Positions 11,222-21,527 are shown, counted from the stretch's first letter. The stretch: DNA of 45,392 bases from an uncultured Thermoprotei archaeon (GCA_965367815.1 CBDUKN010000020.1:1-45392); one strand, 5' to 3'. The notes: generated by a model from the letters alone, not told the origin. A program made the numbers and translations.

Positions 11222-11716
11222 TTAAGAGTCTCTAACCCTTATTTCTTTAATGAAGCTTGCTCTGCTTAGTATGAAGAATTTGCTAATATGTTTTGGTATC
11301 TCTATTATTTTACAGTTTATTATTCTAAGTACTTTTTTATCAATATCTTTTTCAGTAACATCGTCTTCAAAAATAAGCTCATTTATTCCAAAGAATATTA
11401 TTGGAGACTTTACTGAATAAAGATCTGCTCTACTTACTCTAAGCTTGTCTACATGTTTAATAACATAGGGAGCTATACTTTTAAGAGTCTCTGGCATAAG
11501 TCCTCTAACTCTCCTAGCCAATTCTAATGGAACTAAGAGAAATCTACATCTACCGTCGAGAAGAGCTACTAGAAGTCTAAATGATTCAGAGGCAAGATAA
11601 CCTGTACTTACACGCATTCTTTTCGCTAAATCAGTTAAGCTGCGGTAGGCTTCCTCGTCTACGCCTCTAATTAATACATCCTTCTTGCCCTTCTTTTCAC
11701 TCATTCTCTTCACCAA
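11222..11716 (-). CDS. Putative regulator: N-terminal RHH-like segment plus unnamed C-terminal domain
   Basis: DVLIRGVDEEAYRSLTDLAKRMRVSTGYLASE resembles Arc/FitA-type RHH; C-terminal domain aligns by eye with 30435..31292; true start may be the second Met. Confidence 0.6.
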   Translation of the reverse strand: MVKRMSEKKGKKDVLIRGVDEEAYRSLTDLAKRMRVSTGYLASESFRLLVALLDGRCRFLLVPLELARRVRGLMPETLKSIAPYVIKHVDKLRVSRADLYSVKSPIIFFGINELIFEDDVTEKDIDKKVLRIINCKIIEIPKHISKFFILSRASFIKEIRVRDS

Positions 11717-13556
11717 TTCCTAGACATGATTTCAGTCTCTCTATTCTTTCTGTAATTTCATCTATTTCTTCAACTAATTCCCTGTAGCTTTCTTTTCTTA
11801 TATTCTTTAAGCCTGCTTTAGCTAATAAAGCTAGGGGAGCTATTGCGGCAAGCAATATTAGTAGATAATAGTTAAATCCGCTGCTTTTCTTACCCGTGTT
11901 CAGCTCTGGCTGGATACTGAAGCTTCGAGGCTCCTTAACCATTATGTTAAAAGTCTTTATTTCCACAATATCTGCTAGAATTTTTCCTTCTGCTTCTACA
12001 CCACACTTAATCAAGGGCTTTTCACTTAAGTACACTTTATTTAACTTCAATAAAGCACTATACTGTCTCTTCAAACTCTCTAGTCTTTTTTCGAGACTTT
12101 TTCTCGCTTTACTTAACTCTGATAAATTCTCTTTAATAAGAACTATTTTCGAGTCTAGTTCTTCGGCCTGCTCCGTAGCATTTAAAGCCATTTCTTTAGC
12201 ATATTCACTAGCGTTACGTAGTCCCTGTGCAAGCTGTGCCATATATCCTGCTGAAATCTCTAAATTCTCACCCAGTTCTTCCACTAGCTTAATACTTTCG
12301 CTTACACCCTGAGCTATTTTATCTAGATTATCGATAAGTTCTTTTATCTCAATTATAGTTTCTTGCAGATCCTCTTTCGTTAAGTCAACTTCATTCAAAA
12401 TAGTCTTTATCTCTTCAGTAATTTCATTTAAAGAGGGCGGTATTGTCGAAGAGTTTTCTTTAATATTATCTAAGAGATTTTCAATTTCATTGGAATAACT
12501 GTTTCCTATTTTAAAGAATTCAATATAGTATTCTAGCTTGTTCCTAATTTCAATTAACTTATTAATAGTTCTGCTGAGCTCTTTTAGTTTCTCAGAAAAT
12601 TCATAGGATATCTGAGCTCCTTCAGCTAAGCTCTTTGAAGCTTCACTAGACTTATTTGCACAGACTTCGAGTAGCTCAGCGTATGTCTCTAGACTATTAC
12701 TTAAATTCTTTAAAATAGCTGACATTAGCTTTAGTCCACTGATAGTATTTTTAGTTAAATTGTCAATTAAGTCGAGCATTTTAAGTGAATTCTCAAGCTG
12801 ACTTATAGTTTCCTCTATATTCTTTAGCATAGATGATGTGTCGAGAACTACATTTACTTGAGGAGATGTAATGCAGGCATCTCCCCACATGCTAGTTTTC
12901 CTTACTTTGAAAGTCATTTCTATTACTAGAGAGTCGTTTAGCATAGTAGACCAAGTGTACATGCGTGTTTCACCGAGCTCTGTAACAATAGCTGGGGCAG
13001 GACTACAATTAATTACACTGAATTTAGTTGAATCGATACTCCAAGTAACTAGCACGAGTAACAATGGTTTAGCTCCGTTTACTGTAAAGCAGTTTTCGAC
13101 TACAAGCCTGTATACTATAACATCGCCTTTAGATGCTTCAACTAAATAAAATCTATCAGAGTACTTTAATGAAACCTTCTTCCCGTTTACAAATAGCTCA
13201 AAGCTCATTTTTACGGGAATCTTAACTAAAGGAGCAGTATACTTTACTACAAGTCTATCAGAAACTTTCAGAGACCTCCACTGAACTTCAACTAGCTCTC
13301 CATCTACGGAAACTTCACTAGGTCTAATAGAGTGAGTCTTTATGCTTGGCTGAATAAAAGCTGTTTTATCAATTAAGTCTGCTTCTCCCTCGCCTTCAAT
13401 GGTCAAAGTAACGTAAGTCGATGCCTTGACTACTTCTCCTTGAGGACTAACTACTATCTCTCTAGAGATAACCTTCTCTGCTATAAGCTGAGGCTCAGCT
13501 AAAGCAACTTCTACAGCAACCATTAGTATTAGTAGCAATACAATATATATCCTCAT
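11697..13556 (-). CDS. Secreted, membrane-anchored protein with long coiled coil
   Basis: Signal peptide, ~220-aa beta-rich region, ~270-aa heptad-rich region, C-terminal TM (YYLLILLAAIAPLALLA) and short coiled tail. Confidence 0.75.
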   Translation of the reverse strand: MRIYIVLLLILMVAVEVALAEPQLIAEKVISREIVVSPQGEVVKASTYVTLTIEGEGEADLIDKTAFIQPSIKTHSIRPSEVSVDGELVEVQWRSLKVSDRLVVKYTAPLVKIPVKMSFELFVNGKKVSLKYSDRFYLVEASKGDVIVYRLVVENCFTVNGAKPLLLVLVTWSIDSTKFSVINCSPAPAIVTELGETRMYTWSTMLNDSLVIEMTFKVRKTSMWGDACITSPQVNVVLDTSSMLKNIEETISQLENSLKMLDLIDNLTKNTISGLKLMSAILKNLSNSLETYAELLEVCANKSSEASKSLAEGAQISYEFSEKLKELSRTINKLIEIRNKLEYYIEFFKIGNSYSNEIENLLDNIKENSSTIPPSLNEITEEIKTILNEVDLTKEDLQETIIEIKELIDNLDKIAQGVSESIKLVEELGENLEISAGYMAQLAQGLRNASEYAKEMALNATEQAEELDSKIVLIKENLSELSKARKSLEKRLESLKRQYSALLKLNKVYLSEKPLIKCGVEAEGKILADIVEIKTFNIMVKEPRSFSIQPELNTGKKSSGFNYYLLILLAAIAPLALLAKAGLKNIRKESYRELVEEIDEITERIERLKSCLGIGEENE

Positions 13557-13570
13557 AATCTCTGCTTAAG

Positions 13571-13594
13571 ATGTATATCAGGTATATAAATTTT
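13571..13594 (-). promoter_or_regulatory. BRE/TATA plus imperfect palindrome, copy 1
   Basis: + strand ATGTATATCAGGTATATAAATTTT, 22/24 identical to 15666-15689, starting 15 nt from the ATG at 13556. Confidence 0.7.
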
Positions 13595-13606
13595 TCTATC
13601 ATTAGT

Positions 13607-14518
13607 TTACTTAGAAACCAGGGATTCTAGCTTACTTACGCGAAGCCTCAAGTACTCTAGCTCTTCTCGCAGCCTGCTCTCAGAAATACTCCCTGTTAAA
13701 GCAAGTCTTTTCAGAGCTTGTGCCTTAATTTCGAGAAGCTTGAGCTGAGCTTCTCGTACAGTACTAGATTTCTCCATTTTAGCTAGCTCTTCTTTTAGCT
13801 TAACGGCCAGCAGCTGCTTAGGAGGATTCCCGTAGATTCTGCCGTCTCGAATATAGAGCACGCGAGTGGCTACTTCAACTAGCTCAGGGTTATGAGTCAC
13901 GATAAGGAAGGTTTGGCCGTAGACTTCGTTCAGCCACTTAATCAGTGAAACTACCTGTGCAGAAGACTTTAAGTCTAGGTTTCCTGTAGGCTCGTCCATT
14001 AGAATTAAGTCGGGGTCTGTGGCTAGAGCCCTAGCGATAGCTACTCTCTGCTGCTGACCGCCCGACATCTGCTTAGGAAACTTATGGGCGTGTTTACCTA
14101 GGCCCACGAGCTTCAGTAACTCTAAAGCCTTCTTCTCGGCTTCTTTAACATCGTACAACCTCGAGAGAATCATAGGGAGCATTACGTTCTCGAGAGCTGT
14201 GAGATTCTTTATGAGGTTGTATGACTGGAAAACAAAGCCTATTCTACGGCTCCTGAACAACACTAGCTCGTCTTCGTTAAGTGAAGTTACGTTTACTCCG
14301 CCGATATAGACTTTTCCTTTTGTAGGGCGGTCTAAAGTCCCTATTATGCTTAGCAGTGTGGATTTGCCACTGCCGCTAGGCCCCATTATTATGACTAGCT
14401 CTCCTCTCTTAATAGAGAGATTTATGCCCTTGAGTACTGCTATCTTGTTTCCTCCACTACCATATATTTTCCAAATATCGACTAATTTGAGTACTTCACT
14501 CATTTTTAAGCACCTCAA
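13607..14518 (-). CDS. ABC transporter ATP-binding protein (LolD/MacB-type) with C-terminal helical extension
   Basis: GPSGSGKST, MSGGQQQRVAIARAL, LMDEPTGNLD, VTHN. Confidence 0.93.
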   Translation of the reverse strand: MRCLKMSEVLKLVDIWKIYGSGGNKIAVLKGINLSIKRGELVIIMGPSGSGKSTLLSIIGTLDRPTKGKVYIGGVNVTSLNEDELVLFRSRRIGFVFQSYNLIKNLTALENVMLPMILSRLYDVKEAEKKALELLKLVGLGKHAHKFPKQMSGGQQQRVAIARALATDPDLILMDEPTGNLDLKSSAQVVSLIKWLNEVYGQTFLIVTHNPELVEVATRVLYIRDGRIYGNPPKQLLAVKLKEELAKMEKSSTVREAQLKLLEIKAQALKRLALTGSISESRLREELEYLRLRVSKLESLVSK

Positions 14519-15650
14519 TCGGCTTTACTTTAACTGCCTTAAAAACAGGGTAAATCGAGCTAGCTACACTCACTACTACAGCTGAAATAACTCCCGTTGC
14601 AATAACTTCAGGTGTTATAATGAGCGGTATCTTGAATAAACCAGCAGACTCGACTAGCTTTCGAGCAGCATTAGCTCCTATTAGTCCTAAACCCGCGCCA
14701 ATAACTCCTCCCAGCAGCCCAAAGATAAAGGCTTCTAGCATGAAAACTAAAGCCACGTCACTGGCTTTAGCGCCAATAGACCTCAATATAGCTATTTCTC
14801 TGGCGTGCTCTCTTACACTAGACATGATTGTATTAGATGTACTGAAAATAGCTACTGTAACGCCTATAATTGCTACAGCGAAGAGAAGGCCGTCAATTAC
14901 ACCCAGTATCTTGGAAACACCGCTCAAAAGCTCTTCTCTACAGTAAACTTGAGCACTCGGATACTCGGCTAAAATAGCTCTACGGACATTCTCCACGCTC
15001 TTATCCTTATCCTTAGTTTTAATAAGAATCATCGAAACATAGCCTTCTTTACCCAGTATTTCCTGGGCTTCTCTCATAGGAACTACTAGGTATGCTCCTC
15101 TACCCAACATTCCTTGAATCTTAATGCCTATGCTAACAACGCCGACTACTCTGAAAAAGTAGTCAGATGAGCCTATCTGAGGCTTAACAATAATCCAGTC
15201 TCCAGGCTTAATGCCGTTTTCTTCCGCGAAACTCTCTTCAACTAAGCATACTCTACTCTCGTTTGCATAGAATCCTCTCCCGTCTACTACCGAGGAAACA
15301 ACGTATTTCAAGTCCTCTGCTCTAATACCGAAAATGAATGCTAGAGACCCTTTAGTGTAGCCTAGAGTCCATACGACAGGAATCACTTTTTCGACGCCAA
15401 GTATTCGAGATAAATCATTAACAGCTGTTTCTGGTATATCGCAGAGACCCTCACCGTACACTACAAGCTCTCCCGAGAAAAGCCCCTCGATAATATTCGA
15501 GACGGCGACTCTGGCTCCAATACTGATTATTCTGAGCGCTATTAAAGCAGCTACGCCACTAGCTACAGCTAAAATAGTCAGCGCAGTAGTGAACTTCTTA
15601 AACTTCATGTCTCTCGAAATAAATTTCACAGCAAACCAGAATATGCTCAT
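14496..15650 (-). CDS. ABC transporter permease, FtsX/MacB family
   Basis: One N-terminal TM, extracytoplasmic domain, three C-terminal TMs; SVREHAREIAILRSIGA, YPVFKAVKVKPIEVLKNE. Confidence 0.9.
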   Translation of the reverse strand: MSIFWFAVKFISRDMKFKKFTTALTILAVASGVAALIALRIISIGARVAVSNIIEGLFSGELVVYGEGLCDIPETAVNDLSRILGVEKVIPVVWTLGYTKGSLAFIFGIRAEDLKYVVSSVVDGRGFYANESRVCLVEESFAEENGIKPGDWIIVKPQIGSSDYFFRVVGVVSIGIKIQGMLGRGAYLVVPMREAQEILGKEGYVSMILIKTKDKDKSVENVRRAILAEYPSAQVYCREELLSGVSKILGVIDGLLFAVAIIGVTVAIFSTSNTIMSSVREHAREIAILRSIGAKASDVALVFMLEAFIFGLLGGVIGAGLGLIGANAARKLVESAGLFKIPLIITPEVIATGVISAVVVSVASSIYPVFKAVKVKPIEVLKNE

Positions 15651-15665
15651 ATTGCTATAGCAAGC

Positions 15666-15689
15666 ATGTATATCAAATATATAAATTTT
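15666..15689 (-). promoter_or_regulatory. BRE/TATA plus imperfect palindrome, copy 2
   Basis: + strand ATGTATATCAAATATATAAATTTT, starting 16 nt from the ATG at 15650. Confidence 0.7.
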
Positions 15690-15903
15690 ACTCTCATAAA
15701 ATTACAATAAATGGAACCTTTTTCGCGTTAAGCAGAATTTTCACTTACTTCTCTTACTTCAGCACTTTGCAAATACTCTATTGAAAAGTTCTGCTGCCAA
15801 GAATTCTCAGATACAACTGTCTTCAGTACTACCATGATCTTTAGGCTCAGTTACTTCAAGCAGTAAGCATGCCGTTATGTATATTAGAGTTAAAAACAGA
15901 AGT

Positions 15904-17199
15904 TTAGCTAGTGTTTTCTTCGCCGACATGCTTCTTCTCGACTTCTTCTTCACCTAGCTCTCTAGTAGGCTTACTTAAGAGCGAGAGTTTGCCTTCAGCA
16001 AGTTTCTCGATGCACTCTCGGAGAGTTCTGCAGTCTGCTGAATAAATTTCGATTAAGTGATCTCTGAGCGTGTGAAAAGTTATTTCGCCTATATGTTTAG
16101 TAACTACTGCTTCTACCTTGTTTTCAACTAGCCAGTGAGCTAAAGTCAGTCCTGCTCTCATTTTCCTGACCTTATAGGGGTTTTCTACTATAGTTACTTC
16201 TTCTATACCCTTGCTACTTATTTTTACTAAAGTAATGTAGGGTGCTCGCGCCAAGTGGTCTGATATAGGTGAATCGAGTCCGCTGCTTGCGCTCAATGGA
16301 ACAGCGATAAGTGATGGATGCTTCTTAGCTGGCTCTATGTGTACAGTCAAGTACTCTATTTTAGGCACATTTTCTTTAATCGCTTTTTCAACCATTTCAG
16401 CAATTTGGTGAGCACGCTTTATATCTAGAAAGCCTTTAACGAGTATAGTTACCTCGCCGAAGATAACTGGACCGGAGACTCTGAGCTTGAGGTCTTTATA
16501 CCCTTCTATGCCTTCTATGCTTTCGAGGACTTTCCTTACTTTATCTTCTATTTCTTTTGAAGGACTTATATCCATTAGTGCTAAGAGAGCTTTATGGGCG
16601 TTTACTAGGCCTGTTTTAAGAATAAAGACTGCAATAGCTACTGTAACTATGCTCTCGACGTAAGGGACTTTAAGTGTAGACGAGAGCACTGCTATGAATA
16701 CTCCAAGCGACGCCAAGAAGTCTGTGAAAGACTCGTCTCCTAGAGCTTTAACTGAGTATACTTCGAGCTCTCTGCCTCTTCTAGTGAGAACTCTCCAAAG
16801 GATGAGTGAGATTAAACAAGATACAGCTGCGACAACTAGCGCGTACTCTCCCATATTTATTTCAGGAACCCTTCCTGCAGAAGCAATGCCCTCTGATATA
16901 AACTCGATGCCTGCGTAGACTATCGCTGCGCTCACTAGCAGCGAAGCAATGCTTTCTGCTCTATAGTAGCCGTAGGGAAATTTTTCTGTAGGCTTCCGCT
17001 GAGCTATTTTCAGCCCTATCCAGCATACAGCAGCCACAATAAAATCTGATAGTCCGTGAAAAGCGTCAGCAACCATAGCTAAACTACCTGAAATCAAGCC
17101 TACAGCGCCTTTAGCTACCGACATAAAGAAAGCTGAGAAAGCCCAATACCTAGTTAAAACTAATCCTTCACTAATACGCTTTCTAGTACTTTCAGCCAC
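15904..17199 (-). CDS. Cation diffusion facilitator fused to a NifB/NifX (FeMo-cofactor-binding-like) domain
   Basis: SLAMVADAFHGLSD, FPYGYYRAE, AHQIAE...VHIEP dimerisation domain, then ISDHLARAPY...VVTKHIGE. Confidence 0.88.
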   Translation of the reverse strand: MAESTRKRISEGLVLTRYWAFSAFFMSVAKGAVGLISGSLAMVADAFHGLSDFIVAAVCWIGLKIAQRKPTEKFPYGYYRAESIASLLVSAAIVYAGIEFISEGIASAGRVPEINMGEYALVVAAVSCLISLILWRVLTRRGRELEVYSVKALGDESFTDFLASLGVFIAVLSSTLKVPYVESIVTVAIAVFILKTGLVNAHKALLALMDISPSKEIEDKVRKVLESIEGIEGYKDLKLRVSGPVIFGEVTILVKGFLDIKRAHQIAEMVEKAIKENVPKIEYLTVHIEPAKKHPSLIAVPLSASSGLDSPISDHLARAPYITLVKISSKGIEEVTIVENPYKVRKMRAGLTLAHWLVENKVEAVVTKHIGEITFHTLRDHLIEIYSADCRTLRECIEKLAEGKLSLLSKPTRELGEEEVEKKHVGEENTS

Positions 17200-17272
17200 A
17201 GTAAACTATCCTGTTTTCAGAATATATTTCTGACTTAGTTTTCTTCAGCGACAAGACTTCAGCGAAACTGAG

Positions 17273-18880
17273 TTAGCTGCTTTTAGCGAGCCCTTTAGCT
17301 ATTTCTAGCTTCGTCTTAACTTCCTCGCTCTGTGGATTCAAGCTTAAGGCTTTAGAAAATGCTTCCACGGACTCCTTGTAGTCGTTTTTCTCATAAAGTA
17401 TTTCTCCTAAAAGACACCATGCTTTCCAGCTATCTGGCTTTAGCTCTACGGCCCTGCGACAAGCTCTTTTCGCTTCATCAAACCTGTTTTCTCTCTTCAA
17501 GCTAAGTGCTAGAAGATACCATGTATCATAGTCTTCTCTAGAAAGCTTGGCAGCTTCAGCTAAGACGCGAGAAGCTTCGCTAAAAGCTCCTTTCTCGAGC
17601 ATAAGTCGCCCGTATTCTTTTAAAATAAGTGGAGACTTAGGGCAGTACTTTAATGCCTCTCTAGCTATTCTCCCAGCTTCATCAAATCGCGCTAGAAACA
17701 TTACTGATTTAATTAAGTTAATCCATGCCGAACAGTACTGTTTATCGAGCTCCAGTACTTTCCGGAAAATCTTTTCTGCTTCAGAAAACTTCGCTTGATA
17801 AAAAAGTATTTCTCCCAAGAACTCCCAGGCTCTAGGGGACTGAGAGTATTTTTCTACAGCCTGTCTGAAGACTTCCTCCGCCTCGCTGTAGTCTTTTTTA
17901 CAGAATAGAGTAAAGCCTAGCTCAATAAATGCCTTAAGACTAGGCTTAAGCTCTACTGCCCGCCTGTAAGCTTCATGAGCTTCCTCGAGTTTGCCGTAAA
18001 GACGTAGCAAATACCCTATTTTCATCCATACTTCGCTTTCACGTACATCTAGCTCACACGCCTTGCGGTAAAAGTCGACTACATCTAGCTGAGGATATTC
18101 TTCGACGAGAGACAAGCACTTAAGCCATACAGATGTATTGTCTTTAAAGCGTTCAAGAGTTCCTGAAATAATTTCAAAGACCTCTCTTCCTCTATACTGT
18201 CTAAGCAAACATATAGCTAAATTAATCCATGCTTCACTGTTACTTGGATTTATTTCGACTATTTTTCTATAAATCTCCTCCGCTTTACTGAATTCTAGAC
18301 AGCTCATATAGACTAGTGCTAAGAACTCTAAGAGATTTTCATCACGAGGATTTTTCTCGAGCTCTTCTCTAATTAATGAAATCGCTTTACTGCATATTTC
18401 CTCGGACTCCTCTTCTTTACCTAAACTCCTCATAACTATGCATAAATTCCCGGCGATAATAGGGTCGCTGGAATTAAGCCTGTAGGCTTCTTTAAAACAT
18501 TTTTCTGCTTCAGTGAGCTCACCTTTATTGAAGAATATTATGCCGAGCTCATTCCAGGCTGTAGCATCCACTGGGTTGAGCTCAAGGTACTTCCTATAGT
18601 ATTTGATTGCCTCGTCTACTCTTCCTTCTTCACGGTACAGGTAGCCTAAATTATACCAGAGATCGGGGTCTTTTGAGCCTAGCTCAATAGCTTTCTTAAA
18701 GCACTTTTCTGCTTCTCTCCATTTTCTTAAATAGTAGTACGCTACACCTAAGTTTCCCCAAGCTTCAGGGTCTTCAGGGGCTTTACTTAAGTACTCTTTA
18801 AGAACTATAACAGCCTCATGATACTTGCCAGAATCAAGTAGCCTTTCTGCCTCAATAAGCTTGCTGCGAGTATTTTCCAT
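17273..18880 (-). CDS. Tetratricopeptide repeat protein
   Basis: Repeated AWxxLGxxY...AxxxFxKAIELxP units along the whole 535 aa. Confidence 0.92.
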   Translation of the reverse strand: MENTRSKLIEAERLLDSGKYHEAVIVLKEYLSKAPEDPEAWGNLGVAYYYLRKWREAEKCFKKAIELGSKDPDLWYNLGYLYREEGRVDEAIKYYRKYLELNPVDATAWNELGIIFFNKGELTEAEKCFKEAYRLNSSDPIIAGNLCIVMRSLGKEEESEEICSKAISLIREELEKNPRDENLLEFLALVYMSCLEFSKAEEIYRKIVEINPSNSEAWINLAICLLRQYRGREVFEIISGTLERFKDNTSVWLKCLSLVEEYPQLDVVDFYRKACELDVRESEVWMKIGYLLRLYGKLEEAHEAYRRAVELKPSLKAFIELGFTLFCKKDYSEAEEVFRQAVEKYSQSPRAWEFLGEILFYQAKFSEAEKIFRKVLELDKQYCSAWINLIKSVMFLARFDEAGRIAREALKYCPKSPLILKEYGRLMLEKGAFSEASRVLAEAAKLSREDYDTWYLLALSLKRENRFDEAKRACRRAVELKPDSWKAWCLLGEILYEKNDYKESVEAFSKALSLNPQSEEVKTKLEIAKGLAKSS

Positions 18881-18938
18881 TGAGGAAAATACATCTACAG
18901 GTAAATATTCTTAGCGACGCTCAAGATATATAGCTGTT

Positions 18939-19358
18939 TTGAGAAAAAGCCTTATGGAACACTATAGAGCTGAAGTTGAGCTGAAGAAATTTATGGAAGT
19001 AGTCAGTACTGAAGGCGAGAAAATAGGTTTTCTCTTAGGCTTCTACTGGAGAGATAATCGTCTTTACATAAAAATCGTTGACGAGAGAATTAATGTAGAC
19101 GATTTACTCAACTATATTTTAGAGGACTACGCTCATGCCTATGGAGAATGGCCTCACGTTAGACTTTCTCGAGATATTTCTATTGAACTTAGAGTTCCTA
19201 GGGAAGAAGCTTTCCGTGAAGAAAATGTACTTAAATTCGCTTACATGAAAAAGTACTTAAAGAAAAAAATAAGCGTATTCCTTTATCCCGCTGACAGAAT
19301 TCATGGCGCTAACAGGTACGGGCTAATTGTTGAGAAAAGCTACTTAGTAAAACTATAG
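18939..19358 (+). CDS. Hypothetical protein (possibly PRC-barrel-like)
   Basis: 139-aa ORF filling the gap; MEVVSTEGEKIG resembles a PRC-barrel start. Confidence 0.55.
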   Translation: MRKSLMEHYRAEVELKKFMEVVSTEGEKIGFLLGFYWRDNRLYIKIVDERINVDDLLNYILEDYAHAYGEWPHVRLSRDISIELRVPREEAFREENVLKFAYMKKYLKKKISVFLYPADRIHGANRYGLIVEKSYLVKL

Positions 19359-20318
19359 TTTTAAAATTTTTTCAAGAGCCTTTCTATAGGCTGGTATTTG
19401 CCAAGCATAGTATTTCCCTACGCCGAGCTCTAAGTCAATTGGAGGCGTATACCCTAGACAAGGTCTACTTATTGGCGTAACTAGATTAGCTTTAATAAGC
19501 GCTTCTTCAAGCTCTGTCCAATTAACTAAGCTATCCACATTTTCAACAACCTCAGCTAGCTGACTCCTATACTTAAATACAATGCTTCTCGTAGCTAAAA
19601 CAATATTCCTTGCTACTTCCCTAAACCATATATCTAAATTCCAGTTTCTAGCAGAAATAGCTAATATTGCTCTCGGATTTCCCCCACTCATAAGCCATAT
19701 CTCCTCAAAAAGATGCTTCGGCGCACCCAAAGTACTTAGAAGTTCCTCAGCGGCCTCTCTACTCAAGTTCCATACTTCACTTAAACTAACATAACTATGT
19801 CTAGCAAGAAGACTTAGAGAAAGACCTTCACTTGTAGTAGCTACAATAAAAGCGGATTCAGCGCCCTTATCAACAATCCATTCAAGTAAATTTAGCATAG
19901 TTTTGACGTAGCTTTCAATAACATCTACTCCAAGAGGTCTCGCAACATCATCTACCGCTATAATAACATGCTTATTTCTAAGCCGTTTTTCAAAAAATTT
20001 CTTAAACACATAAGGTAGCATTCTAGCAGAAAATTTTCCTACTGGCTCTGAAATAGATTCTACTAAACTACTAAAAGCTTCTAAAAGTAGGGGAGGAGCA
20101 TAAACAGCGTCTTTTAGTGAGCCAACGTTTTGAGCATCAACATATACTATGATATAGTCACTTGTTTCTTCAATGCTTTTTATAAACTCTTTAAGAAGTC
20201 TAGTCTTACCACATCCTTCAGGACCATAAATAAGTAGAATAGGATAAAAACCTCTTTCAGCATATTCTCTTAGAACTTTTAATTCCTCTTCACGATTAAT
20301 GAAAGGAACTTTAAACAC
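19353..20318 (-). CDS. Archaeal ATPase (P-loop, crenarchaeal expanded family)
   Basis: FINREEEL, IYGPEGCGKT, IAVDDV, ATTSEG, SGGNPR. Confidence 0.88.
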   Translation of the reverse strand: MFKVPFINREEELKVLREYAERGFYPILLIYGPEGCGKTRLLKEFIKSIEETSDYIIVYVDAQNVGSLKDAVYAPPLLLEAFSSLVESISEPVGKFSARMLPYVFKKFFEKRLRNKHVIIAVDDVARPLGVDVIESYVKTMLNLLEWIVDKGAESAFIVATTSEGLSLSLLARHSYVSLSEVWNLSREAAEELLSTLGAPKHLFEEIWLMSGGNPRAILAISARNWNLDIWFREVARNIVLATRSIVFKYRSQLAEVVENVDSLVNWTELEEALIKANLVTPISRPCLGYTPPIDLELGVGKYYAWQIPAYRKALEKILKL

Positions 20319-20463
20319 ATCTATTTTTAGATTAAGCCATATTTATTGCTGTCCTTAGAGACCATTAAGCCTTATAGTTCAAGTATAGAGCTTAGAAATT
20401 AGTACGTAAGTACTTAGAAACTTTAACCAAAAAATATAATATTGTTTTAAATTAAAATAAACT

Positions 20464-21354
20464 ATGGTTAGAAAAATAGCTGTAGGAAGTGGATTTGAGC
20501 TAGAAATACCTTCAACTTACTTAAAGCTAAAAAATGATGCAGAGCAAACAATTTCAAGTATTCTCGCAAAGTATCCTAAAGCTATGAAGATGTGGGAGCT
20601 ACTTAGATATGATCCCGAGGTTAACGCTGACTGGGATATGGCTAATTACATAGCTGTAGCTAAGCTCAAATACAATGATCACGGAGAGGTCCACGCTAAA
20701 GTAGTGGCAGCTAATGCTCTTAAAATGCTTCAGATTTTACTTAAGTACGGTATTTTACCCGATATAATGAAAGAATATGCAGGAGATGAAGACGATGTAC
20801 ATTTAGTAGTCTTAACAGGAGCTCTTTTACATGACATAGGGAACCAAGTTCACCGCAAAGACCACAATGTATCAGGAGTGTATCTAGCAATACCTCTGTT
20901 AAACAGACTTCTACCTAAAGTATATGAAGACTCTGAACTAATGTATGAAGTAAGGGGTCATATACTTCACTGTATTTATGCACATGAAGCCGACGTACGT
21001 GATTTAACTGTTGAGGCAGCTTTAGTTGGTATAGCTGACGGAACAGACATGACTAAGGGCAGAGGAAGACTAGCTTTCAGTGAAGGGAACGTAAATATAC
21101 ATACTGTCTCTGCACTGTCCATTGAAAACGTCGAAATAGTTGAAGGAGACTCAAGGCCTGTTAAAATAGTTATCGAAATGAGTAATAGTGCAGGAATATT
21201 TCAAGTACAAGAGACATTAGCTAAGAAAATTTTAAATAGCCCTATTAAAGACTACATTGAAATAGAAGCTTACACGCTTCCTCCTGGAGCAACTTCAGAC
21301 AATAGAATAGTACATAGACTTGTAATAAAAGAAGGAAAATTCGTTGCAAAGTAA
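20464..21354 (+). CDS. HD-superfamily phosphohydrolase
   Basis: YNDHGEVH, LLHDIGNQVHR, IYAHE, IADGTDMTKGRGR. Confidence 0.9.
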   Translation: MVRKIAVGSGFELEIPSTYLKLKNDAEQTISSILAKYPKAMKMWELLRYDPEVNADWDMANYIAVAKLKYNDHGEVHAKVVAANALKMLQILLKYGILPDIMKEYAGDEDDVHLVVLTGALLHDIGNQVHRKDHNVSGVYLAIPLLNRLLPKVYEDSELMYEVRGHILHCIYAHEADVRDLTVEAALVGIADGTDMTKGRGRLAFSEGNVNIHTVSALSIENVEIVEGDSRPVKIVIEMSNSAGIFQVQETLAKKILNSPIKDYIEIEAYTLPPGATSDNRIVHRLVIKEGKFVAK

Positions 21355-21527
21355 CTACCTGCAGAGCACTCCATTCTTTAGTATAAAATTTCATAACTTT
21401 ATTTAAATCAAAATAAAAGTGAATTTATTAAGCATGCAAGTAACCAAAGTGGCTTTAATAGTAGCCATGAACTACACCCTGATCTTAAGGCCATAGCACT
21501 TTGATGACATGCACTCCTATGCTTAAA

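Noticed and set aside
15690-15900. Possible small gene or remnant between the permease and the CDF gene
   Set aside because: Only a ~46-codon minus-strand frame with no recognisable motif
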